Shown here piece by piece: positions 36,513-47,395 of a stretch of DNA of 64,000 nt. Under the pieces are notes generated by a model. The model saw only the letters and a program-made list of their open reading frames with translations. It was not told the origin of the DNA and made no database searches. The DNA is from Entomortierella parvispora E1425 (taxonomy: Eukaryota; Fungi; Mortierellomycota), in assembly GCA_020891255.1 (NCBI GenBank), contig BQFW01000008.1, positions 868,001 to 932,000 of the forward strand. The letters are read 5' to 3'. How positions within the stretch are numbered: position 1 is the first letter of the stretch; every line of letters begins with the position of its first letter. The position numbers were made by a program, and so were the translations under genes.

Positions 36513-37904
36513 TTGCTGTTGCTGTTGTTGCTGTTGCTGTTGCTGTTGTTGCTGTTGCTGTTGTTGCTGTTGCTGTTGCTGTTGCTGCTGTTGTTGTTTC
36601 TGCTGCTCGTGTTGTTGTTGCTGCTGCTGACGAAGATGCTGTAGTTGGTGATGATGTTGGCGTCTCTGCTCCAACTCCAAGTGCTGTACTCTTCTTTCAC
36701 GTTCGAGTTGCTGCATTTTCACAGCTTTCGCCTCCTGCAACAGCGTCTCCTTCCTACGAGCCTGTAGCGCAATATCTTTCTGAATCTGCTCCAGACTGGC
36801 AGGTTTCTCCACGCCTTGCTCTGTGTAATAAAACGCTCCTGTTGGGACATCGCCCGGCTTGCGCACAGTGGCAAAAGTGACCTTGCCATGCTCTGTCGGT
36901 CGAGAAAAAGAAATAACATTCGAGGGCCAACTCTTGACCGACGTCTTGACTTCGAATCCTTCCCAATCCGCATCCACGGCTCCGTTTCCTTTTCCTAGAG
37001 CAATGTCCTTCAGTTCTGGGTCTTTCAAGTCGAGGAGATCTCTTCCTGCGGCTTGTCCGTTGCCCCGATTCTCCATTCGCCCACAGGATGTGGCCAACAG
37101 CCTGGCCACGGCTGGGAAGAGCAAAGGCAGGAAGGCGACGCCGACCCAAGGGATCGAGCACAACAACCAGGCCCCCATCGCAAATCCCGAAAGCTCTGTC
37201 CTATGCTCGACCCACCACACACGCTCCTCCCAGACCTTGAACTGGACCCGAGCCAAGTACGGCTGCAAGAGCTCATAGATGAAAAGTTGCTGGACCACTG
37301 AAAGCTGCACGAACCAGACCGCCCACCTTGGTCCTACAAATGCCGAGACGAGAGCGAGTTTCAGGAATCCATAAGAGACCCCCTTGGTCTTGAGATAGTA
37401 ATGGGTTCCCGTCATTCCCAAGACAATGCTAGGGTAGGTGAAGTATTGACCCTTGGGGTAGTTGACAAGCCAATGGACAGATCCGATCAAGAAGTAAGCC
37501 CACAGGGTTCTGTAGAGGAATGCGCGGAGCTGAATAAAGTACCGAGGTTCCTTCCCATGGACAAGATCGAACCGCTGATCACACTTTTGATATCGAACCG
37601 CCTTCATAAAGAGTTTGTCCCAGGGCTTTGGGTAGAGGTAGCGGAAGAGGAGCACTGTTGGGTAAAACAGCTGGTTGAAGGTCTTGCATGCGTTCTGGGG
37701 TGTCAACGAGGCCATGAAATCGATGATCCGTTGGAGAATAAAGCAGCCAATGCCGAGATAAAGGGCCAAGCATTGGACCTTTCTTTCGCCACTCGTGGCG
37801 AATTCTTGAAGGGCCGTGACAAGGTGCTCCATGCCCGAGACAAACTGAGAAAAGAACTCCCGCATGGGATCTTCGACCTCCCTGTCGTCTCCTCTGCGAG
37901 CCAT
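34926..37904 (-). CDS. EI24/UsgS-like multipass membrane protein with long polyQ and acidic disordered C-terminus
   Basis: Intronless ORF with start placed at MARRGDDR. Hydrophobic N-third includes YELLQPYLARVQF...WWVEHRTELSGFAMGAWLLCSIPWVG, resembling EI24/UsgS proteins. Confidence 0.7.
36405..36596 (-). repeat. Mixed CAA/CAG trinucleotide repeat encoding 64 consecutive Gln
   Basis: 192 nt of CAA/CAG codons in frame, flanked by further QQQQER-type repeats. Confidence 0.95.
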
Positions 37905-38439
37905 ATCCGTGTTTGTTCTTTCTTTCTCAGAGGTTCGTCGATGAATAGGGGAACTTTGTCGAGGAGGAGGAAGAGGAAGAGCAGTTGATGATAAAGATGT
38001 AAAACGGAGTGCAAGGAGAGATGGAGGGTAGATGGAAGAGTGCAAAGATGAAATGAGGTAAGGAAGGTCAAAGATGCATTCAGCAGGGTTGCGCTGCTCT
38101 CTTTATCCGCAAACGCTTTGGCGTCAAAATCTTGGCATCACAGCCTTCTTGCTCAATTGGGGGGAGTTGCTCAGTCACCCCCTGCCTCGCCTTGGCCTTT
38201 TCGATGCTTAGTACCTTGCCTGCCGCACATCTCCACACTTTTCTACAGGAACCCGCTACCATACAATAGTGCACCGTTGGATCATATATGGATCATGCAC
38301 TGGAAATAAAGACCAAACAAAAGAGTGTCATCAACATCTCTTTCCTGAATCGTTTATTAGGATGGTAAGTCCTGAAAGAATAGAGCTACTCCCACATGGT
38401 GTTTGTGGAAGAAGTCAGAAAAGTCCTAGAACAATTTCT

Positions 38440-39766
38440 TTACAGGGGCTTGGCAGCCTGGGGAGGGGCAACCTTCTTTCCATCCTAGAAGCAAAACATG
38501 AGAAGGAAAAAAGGTGTCAATATCATGATAACGTAGACTCAATTGCCATAGAAAAAAATACAACTCTGAGAGTTGGTCCAGCAAGATTTACCTTGAAACG
38601 GAAGCGTGGTGGGGGAGCGCGGGAGCGACGACCGACGCGGGAGCGGACACGGACGATGTGAGCGTGAACAGCGCAGGAGATGCAGTAGTGAATCTTGATG
38701 TAGAACTTGGGCAAGGTGTACTCTGTTGAATTGAAGAAATAGAAAATAGCAAGGTCAGATCAACTGGCCAACAAACTCCTGGGGATAAGGTATGATTGTT
38801 GTATCTACACGGTCCTGAGCTTCTCCACAAAAAGGCCGCAGTAAGGCATGACCCAAACGGCAGAGTCTCGAGATCCTTTGATAATCATGCCTGTCCTTGA
38901 ATGGCTCCAAGTATATAGGATGATTATCCAAGTTTTCTCTCCTCCACTGCAGAGTCGACTGTCGCCATATTCCTGAAGGTCTTGTGGTGTAGAGGATCCC
39001 AGGAGAAAAAAAAGCTTTTCGTTGTTGGTTCCTGTTTCTTACCCTTGTAGACAAGAGCCTCAGTGATGTCACGAACGGCAGCCAACTCGACCATAGGGCG
39101 GACGGTGTAACGCTTGACAGCCTTGTCCTTGGGGACGCAGCGAGAGCAGTTAGAGCAGCGGACGGGCTTGACGTGGCCACGACCGTTCTTGTTGCGTCCG
39201 TGATTTCTTCTCTTGAAGGTCTGTTATAGTCACATTGCAACAAAAGCGAGTGGTGAGTAATCTGATGCGACTGATGACTTGATGGCGAGTGTAATCGAAT
39301 CCAATAGGTGGAGAGATCCTCCTTTGAGTCTTTGAGTTGATTTGATCCTGCATCCAAATCGTTTCAACAAAGTCCAGCTTCTTCCTCTCCATCAGATGAT
39401 CTTTTAACAGGAATGAAAAAAATATCATTGGCGATAGATTCCCCCTGTTCAGACGATCGTGGTCCAGCCTTCCAATTGAGGGAGCGAAAGGAGAGGGAGA
39501 GGGATTGCCCATTCTCCCATTCCTCAAAGCTTCTACGAGGACCTCCATCTCTTCCATGGCATCTCCTCATGTGATCCTGATGTCGATGTACAAGTCGATA
39601 GAGGGGGTCGACACTTTTCCAGGAAGCGAAGCCAGCTGTCGTCCAGATGAGTAGCGTCCTGCAGCATGGCGATTGATGGATTGATCGATGGCTGGATCGA
39701 TGGATGGTGCCGAGTCCTGAAGGGTGAGCAGATTGCCTCCATGAACACGCTTTAAGGGTATACCAT
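38440..39766 (-). CDS. RPS26: 40S ribosomal protein S26; exons 39766-39764 (ATG), 39220-39043, 38722-38592, 38484-38440
   Basis: [39 protein letters not shown]...[16 protein letters not shown]...PPPRFRFK|[14 protein letters not shown]. Confidence 0.98.
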
Positions 39767-40133
39767 GATGGATTTTGCAGAGGAAGAAAGCAGAGACGCC
39801 CAGGAGACTGGACAAAGAAATACGAAAATGGCCGCCACGCCCCTTAAAAATTCGGTTTCTCGGATTTTGGTTCCCTGGTCCTGGCCCGTCTCTGTGATCA
39901 CCCACTCAGATCAAGACAGGGCCCCTGCACGTCTCAATGGTCGCTTGTGAGGTTCGGCCGTTAGGATATGGATTCGCCTCATCTTTTTCTCACTTTTAAA
40001 TACTCTGGGCCAGTAGATTCTGTAGTATGTTATGAGAGGCCGCTTTATTGAAGAGCAAGCGGATGGCGGGGTTATGTACAACGGTGGTATATTTTAACAG
40101 AGGGGAAGAGCACACAAGGGAAGAAAATACAGA

Positions 40134-41952
40134 TTACAGGCAGGCCAGCTGGCGCATCACATCCTCAATCTCCTGGCGGACATCTTCGGCCCTGGACTGC
40201 AGGCGCAATTGCTCCATTTCTGCTGCTTTGAAATCTTCTTCCGAGCGTTGAATGCTCTCTTTGGCCCTGAAAATTTTATCCTGAAGGTTGTCAATGCGGC
40301 TGTCATGGGCTCTGTTAGGTGCCAAAAGATATGTATTGGTTAATACAAGTTCCAACCCATATATCCAATATTACGACGGCGCAAAATATCGGTACTGCCA
40401 GACGTTACCTGATCTTGAAGTTCACTTGCTCAAGCTTAACATCAAACTGATGTTTCATCAAGGCAAACTGGCGGTCATACTTGGAGGAGAGTTGAACCTG
40501 ACATCTTGACACCTGTACATTATTACCGAAAACAGAATGTAAGCGACTTTGTTCACACTGTCAACATACAGTAATGAATCTCTTTCAACAAAAAATGACA
40601 AAATACCTCTTTAAACAGTGAACTTCCTTTCGTCAAATTGAACCGAGACTTCAGTGCCTCAAACTCATCGTTGATGGACAGACCGAGAACATCATCCAAG
40701 TTGACACCAAAGGATTCCAAGTCGATTTGAAGATCCTGGATGTAGACTTCCTTCTCTTGAACCTCTCTCCGAAGAGCTTCAGTACCTAAAAAGTCGCTAT
40801 TTTCCTCGAGCTCTGGTACTGTTTTCAGCATCATCGCCATGGATTCTTGGCCCAGATGAACTTCCTCCTTCAGGAGGGCAACCTGCTCCTGCTCTTCCCG
40901 AAGTTCAGAGTAATCTAGTTCCCTACACGTCTCATATTCAAACTGCTCGAATTGTTGTTTGATCTCAGCAATGTAAGCGACCTTCTCGTCGTTTTCAGAT
41001 TCCATCGCGCACACTTGCTCGCTCAATGTCTCCAGTTCGAGCTCCCGTTCCAAGTTTCGTCGTTCGAGATCAGCTCGGTGATGGGTTCCATCTTCGACCA
41101 TTTGCTCCAGCTCGGACTCTTCTTTGTTATACTTGTCCTGCTCAATCTCAAGATCCGTTGAAATCTTGGCTAATTCGGTTTCCAGTGATTTGGAGATTAT
41201 CTTGGCTTCCTCCAGCTGCTTCTCCAGTTCTGATACTGTTTCAAGGTCGGCATCTGCTTCTTGGACGAGGGCCGGTACTGATTTTGGTTGGAATGGTAGT
41301 TGAGTTTGGACAGTACGGTCCTTTCCTGAAACGAGCTGCGACTTTGTGTGGGGCTTTTTCTATCATAATCCAAGTACAATGAGGTAAATAATCGTGCACT
41401 CCTATCTCCTGTACTTGTCCATGCTGATGTTTTGGTTTGGTAGTCAACAAACCTCCATGGTTCCTGCATTTTTCTGTTTTCCGCTTCCAGGTGGAGGATA
41501 TGTAAGGCCCTAGGTTGAACAAAAGCATTCATCAGCATCTCGAGTTGAAACGTTTCATAAACAAAACCTGGAATTAGTTTCTTTGTATAGCGTTCTTACA
41601 TGAAGTCTCGGTGTGTTCGTGATTGGATGCAAAGGAAGCGAGTCGAGCACCTGTGAAGAGGTCTATTGGCATGAAGGGATTAATTCAGCTGTCAACACGC
41701 TCGAAACATGTATGCATCCTTTTGAGCCTGTCGACTTACCACATGGCCAATCTTTTGTGTCTTTTGTGGTGGCATCCCCTCCGCTGGACTCTACAAGGAT
41801 GAAAACACTTTGATTAATCCTGAGTCGTTCAAAATTTGCATCCATTTGTGCATGAATGACAAGCATGCTGTGCGCACCTCCATCTTGTTCTTGACCAGTG
41901 TTGTCCCCGCGGACAAGTGGTACTTCATCTCTATGGCGTTTTCATCCGACAT
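40134..41952 (-). CDS. Hypothetical multi-exon protein with C-terminal coiled coils; 5' exon structure uncertain
   Basis: Successive minus-strand ORFs (41197-41538, 40553-41101, 40134-40355) are E/L/Q/K-rich heptads linked by plausible GT-AG introns. ATG 41952 is in good context. Confidence 0.55.
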
Positions 41953-42395
41953 TGTGCTAAAGCTGCCGGAGGAGGTGAGATGGTAGTGTTGAAAGGAAGG
42001 GGGATTGAAGTTGAGTAGAGAGTGTGTGGCGTGTGGGCAAAGGGAGTAGAGAGCCAGGATGTGCATGTCCAACATGTGTCTCTCCTCTGAAAAAAAACGC
42101 GTGTTGTCACGGAAGACAAAAAATCGTAGAGGCTGCAGTGAGCCCTTGACTTGTTGCGGTGGAAACCAATGGCACATGCTTCGTTGTTTTTCACCTCTCA
42201 CCTTCCCCTCACAACCCCTAGAAATGGCATCCCCCATTGGCATTGGCGCCAAAAAGTCAAAGTCAGCCCTCGGTCGGAGGACAATCGTCTCGGTAGGCAC
42301 ACCTTCATATCCACACTGCTTTTCTGTTTGCGTGACATCCATCTAACCAATGCATTTCAAAAACAAACAATGAAAAATTCATATAGAAATTCGCC

Positions 42396-44468
42396 ATGAG
42401 CCCTACGATTGCTGATGGCGATAAACAAACTGGAGCGCAGACCCCACCCTCTCCTGCCGAAGAGTATTTTAGGAGGACTGGAAAGGCCATTCTGACGATG
42501 GAGGAAAAACTTGTATGTCAGAAACGCACCGTTGTACCGCGGTATGAGTATCCCAACAGCCAACACCTCTAACATCATATCCCTGTATCTACTCGTATAG
42601 GCGTCCTACAAAAGTCTGAAGGAAGCTGCCGACCGCAAAAAGAACTCGGCGACAGCACCAGCAAAGTCAGCTGCTAAAAAATCAACAACCGCTACCACCA
42701 CAAAGCGTGCTGCTGGCTCAAAAACAATAGTTCCAAGCGCCAATCAGTCAAGACTCAGCTTCGGGAAGATCGAGACGACTACTCCTGCTGCGACAACGGC
42801 AAAGGAAGAGTTGTATGAAGGTGGTCCTTCCACCGATATATCATCCATGACACCGCCACAGTCTGAGGATTTCAGGAGTAACTACGATTCAGATGACGAA
42901 TCTTCACCGTCGCAAGCAAATGACGATCTTCAGGAACAGCAAAGTCTTCGCGATATTCACAAAGAACAGAACACTGTTAACGAAGAAAAGACGCTTCACA
43001 AAATCAGTGCAACGGCAGAAGAGAGCCCCAGATCTCGACTGCGCTCACGTCTTAGCACTGGCAGCGTTATGTTCGGAGAGCGCTCCCAGGCATCTAGCCA
43101 GACCGACAATATACCCAGCAAGAGTGTTCTCACTTGCACAACATCAGTGTCCTCCGATAGCACGGAATATCCCCTGCCCAGTCACCTAAGCACTCTCTAT
43201 ACCATTTTCGATGGCCTCGAGGCCGTTTTGACCCATTTGAGCAGCCAAAAGCGTAATTGCTTTTATCATCAACACAAGAAGCATGTGGAGCGACACTGCG
43301 GAAGGTAAAGAGAATACACTCGTAAGAATCCCGAGGTTGAGCTGAGATCATGCATGGAATATTGATGTATTATTCCGCTCTCAATGTAGGAATTTTGAAT
43401 TGAAGCACTTGGCGCAATTCGTCACGGTTATGCCAGAAGCCTACAGTCTGACTACAGGTCTCTGCCTTATTGATGACACACGCGGACGATCCATATTGAT
43501 CAAACGTTTGGAGCTGAAGGAAAAAACCTCGGGAGAATTCCGTCCTGAAACGGAGCGACGTCGAGAAATGTTCAAGGAGCGATTGTTGGATCATGTCAAG
43601 ACGGAACACGAGGTAAACCATCACTTTAATCGTCCTTGATTTGTACCACTAGGGCCTCAGTTCCATAACTCAACGAACCAACTCGTATCATGATTTTAGC
43701 CGTTTCTCCAGACCACAAAATCAAAAGGAAAGGGCTTGCTTCCAGGAAAATGGCATGAGGAATTCGATCTTGAGAATGTCAGCGAGATTAAAGAGTCGCC
43801 ACTTCCTGAATATAAGGCTGCGGTCGTAGACATTCGCAGTTATGGCATCAGGATTCCCTCCAACTCTACAGTGTCAGCAATGGGTCAAAAGAGTAGTCTC
43901 GCAGCGCCAGTCTCTACGCAGAGCAGTGGTGTCTCGGCTACCGTAGCATCTCCTGCTGCAACGCGTGCCAAGGAAACTTTGGCAGCTGTAAAGGCGAGAG
44001 TAAGTCACCGATGTCGGCTGGAAAGAAAATGTAAAACTACAATATGGACAACAATTTTATTGACGTTGTATACTTGTTTCTGCTCTGGCTTGATAGATGA
44101 TTCAAACCCATTTGGAATTGAAAAGCAAACGTGAAGATAGGCCACCGCCTGAAGAGTTACATCGTCAAAAGATTGCACAACGTTTGCCATCTGTATTTGA
44201 CATTATTCTTTTCAAGCGCGTGAATGTGATACCAGTGAGCGACTTGACAGCGACGCTTGTGAAGAGCAGCCGACAACCGATTTCAGAACAAGAAGGACAG
44301 GAGAGTCTGGAAATGATGGCCAAGGTCCTGCCAGAGTGGTGCACCATCTTCAAATTGACCGATGGTATCTCGTATTTCAAGGTGTTGAAGGTCGACAGTG
44401 ACGGAAAACCCATTATTCATAGCAATCAGGTCCTTCGTGGTCGTCTAGTCGAAGGTGGTCGTTCATAG
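42396..44468 (+). CDS. CDT1: DNA replication licensing factor Cdt1, 5 exons
   Basis: LPSHLSTLYTIFDGLE...R|NFELKHLAQFVTVMPEAY (central winged helix), WHEEFDLENVSEI, and C-terminal RLPSVFDII...ESLEMMAKVLPEWC. Confidence 0.88.
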
Positions 44469-44531
44469 CTCAAATACGTCCTCCCTCAATTGTTAAATAT
44501 TATAAACCACGAGTCACTTCTTCTGCCTTCA

Positions 44532-44659
44532 TCTTCTGTGATGTTTCTTACATTGGCAATGGTCGCGAAGGATTGAAATATTAATGGTTTGGTGTTCTTC
44601 TGTGATGTTTCTTACATTGGCAATGGTCGCGAAGGATTGAAATATTAATGGTTTGGTGT
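44532..44659. repeat. Perfect 64-bp direct tandem duplication
   Basis: 44532-44595 is identical to 44596-44659 (TCTTCTGTGATG...GGTTTGGTGT). Confidence 0.95.
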
Positions 44660-44796
44660 TTTATTTTGGTACAAAAGATATGGACTGATTTCTTTTTTTT
44701 TTCTTCTTCTCGCACAAAGAGTGCTGACTGTTGTTACAATTGGAAGGTTAACCTCTAGCCTTCCTCTCTATCTCCCTTCTACCTGGTCATTGTTTC

Positions 44797-44828
44797 GATG
44801 GATTCTTTAGAAGATGGATTCTTTAGAA
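44797..44828. repeat. Perfect 16-bp tandem duplication spanning the GSIII stop codon
   Basis: GATGGATTCTTTAGAA occurs twice in tandem. Confidence 0.9.
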
Positions 44829-47395
44829 CCACAACAACTCGCTGTAGCGGGGAATGGGGTAGAACTTGTCGGCGGTCAAGACCTCAAGCTTATCGGCGAC
44901 AGCGCGGGCCTCGTTCAAGGCGGGCAAGATGTTGGCGCAGGCAAACTTGGCCTCCTCAACGGGGTCATCACCAACGGTGTGCATCTTGTGGACGACCTCG
45001 TCCAAGGCAGCGACGGCAGCCTGGAGCTCTTTGACGACGGGGGTCAAGGCCTGAAGGGCCGAGAGCTCGGGGCTGTTGCCCTCACCCTCAATAGTGTTCA
45101 ACAACTGAACAGTCTGGGCCAAGGAACCGCGGTACTCGAAAACGGCAGGCAAGATCTGGGAGGTGAGGATGGTGCTGAGGGTGGTGGCCTCGACCAAGAG
45201 ATCCTTGGAGTAGCGCTCCTGAAGAATAAGGTGACGGGACTGCAACTCGGAGGAGGAGAAGATACCGAGCTTGGTCAACATCTCAGAGTGAATGGGGTTC
45301 AAGAGCTGCTCAAAGGCCTCGGGGCTGGTCTTGATGTTGGGGAGACCACGCTTCTCGGCCTCCTGGATCCAGGCATCAGAGTAACCATCGCCCTCGAAGC
45401 GGACGGCCTTGGTCGAAGCAATGAACTTCTTGATGACGGCGATCTTGTCGGCATCCGACGGGTAAGGGCGATCACCCATCTGCTTACGGAGAGCGTCGGT
45501 GACATCGTCGAGAGCCGAGGCAACAGCGGCGTTCAGGATGGTGACGGGGAAAGCAGGCGACTGCTTCGATCCAACGGCACGGAACTCAAACTTGTTACCG
45601 GTGAAGGCGAAGGGAGAGGTACGGTTACGGTCGGTCAAGTCACGGGCAATGTTGGGGAGGGAGGCGACCTTGACATCGAGAACGGTGCCGCCCAACTTGA
45701 TGGACTGCATCTCGGGAACAGAGAAGTTCTTGATAGGGCGGGACTCCTCAATCGAGTCCAAGACCTCGGTCAAGTGCTCGCCCAAGAAGACAGAGACGAT
45801 CATAGGAGGAGCCTCGCAGGCACCAAGACGATGCTCGTTCGAGGATGAGGCAATGGAGGTACGCAAGAGACCTCCGTGGTTCTGGACAGCGTGAAGAACA
45901 GCAACGAGGACGAGCAAGAAGCGGTAGTTGGTCTCGGGCTTGACAGTGGGGTCCAACAAGTTCTCGCCGCGGTCGGTCGACATGGACCAGTTGCAGTGCT
46001 TGCCAGATCCGTTGACACCCTTGAAGGGCTTCTCGTGGTAAAGAACCTTGAGCTTGTTCTTGTGGGCGACCTTGGACAAAACATCCATGGTCAACAAGTT
46101 GTGATCAACAGCCAAAGAGGCCTCCTCGAAGATGGGAGCCAACTCGAACTGCTGAGGAGCGACCTCGTTGTGACGGGTCTTGACGGGAACACCAAGACGG
46201 AAGAGCTCCAACTCGGCCTCGGACATGGTGGCGAGAACCTTGGAAGGAATACGACCAAAGTAGTGGTCGTCCATCTGCTGGTGCTTGGGGGGCAAGTTGC
46301 CGATTAAGGTGCGGCCGGTGTGCTTGAGATCGGGGCGAAGAGAGTAGAGGGAGCGATCGACCAAGAAGTACTCCTGCTCAGTTCCGAGGGTGGTGTAGAC
46401 GTGGGAAGTGCGGGGCTGGGCACCGACGGGAACGGGGTCAATCAAGTTTAAAAGCTCGCAGGCAGACTTTGCGATGGCAGAGGTGGAGCGGAGGAGGACA
46501 GTCTTCTCATCAAGAGCATCACCGTTGTAGGAGATGAAGACGGAAGGAATGTACAAGACCGAGGTGCCGTGGGGACCTTCCTGGATGAACATGGGCGAGG
46601 TGGTGTCCCAGACGGTGTATCCACGAGCCTCGAAGGTGGTGCGCATGCCTCCGGAGGGGAAGGACGACGCATCGGGCTCGGCCTGGAGCAACTGGGAGCC
46701 AGAGAACGCGTCGATGGCAGTGACCTAAAGGGATGACAGGCGTGAGATTGATGTATAGAGGTTAGAGGACTGGGTCCTGGATAGATTGATATGATAATGG
46801 CATGGTGCCATCGGAGAAGTATCCGACTCTCGACTGAATCTGTCCTGTGTCTTCCTTCTTGTTTTGCCCGATGCTCGTTGTCTGAGTGGTTCTTTGTCCC
46901 GTCGTCTTTTTGTTTCTGCGTTCACTCCAGAGCCTTCTCGTCATCGTCGTCCATTCGTTGAATCATCATTTTAAGGTCCTGACTGCTTTTTACGGTCCAG
47001 GATCCCTCAACTGATCTTACCTCTTCGCCGTTGGCAGAGAAGCTGGACTTTAATGACAGGAAAGCATCGTGTTTCTCGGCAGTGGTACCGGTCTGGGGCT
47101 GGAACCAGTGGGTGAAGTGGGTGGCACCACGATCCATGGCCCAGATGCGGACAGCGTGGGCAATGGCGTCGGCAGTGGACTTGTCCAAGGCCTGGCGACC
47201 GCGCATCTGCTTCAAGAACGAGGCATAGGCAGGCTTGGGGAGGGCCTTGGCGATCTGCTGGAGATGGAAGACGTTCTCACCAAAGATCTCGGAGGTGTAG
47301 ACGGGCTTGCCATCGGCCTTCGTGGGGTACTGGATGCTCCGGGTGGGTCTGTTGATGTTGTCCTGGAGGGACTCGATACGTGCTTGGTTAGCCAT
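44823..47395 (-). CDS. glnN: Glutamine synthetase type III; exons 47395-47021 and 46724-44823
   Basis: GSIII signatures: IFGENVF, GATHFTHWFQPQTGTTAEKHDAFL, EPDASSFPSGG, TLGTEQEYFLVD, HNEVAPQQFE, HEKPFKGVNGSGKHCNWS, HRLGACEAPP, DRNRTSPFAFTGNKFEFRAVGS. The symbol is the bacterial name. Confidence 0.96.

Noticed and set aside
36152-36700. Poly-Leu and poly-Asn/Ser ORFs
   Set aside because: Alternative frames and strand of the CAA/CAG repeat.
38755-38890. Possible C/D snoRNA in RPS26 intron 2 (ATGATTA...CTGA)
   Set aside because: The C box is imperfect, the CTGA coincides with the likely branch point (CTGAC about 30 nt from the acceptor), and no rRNA guide was recognised.
44814-46307. Antisense ORFs opposite GSIII
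   Set aside because: Shadow ORFs with no independent coding signal.
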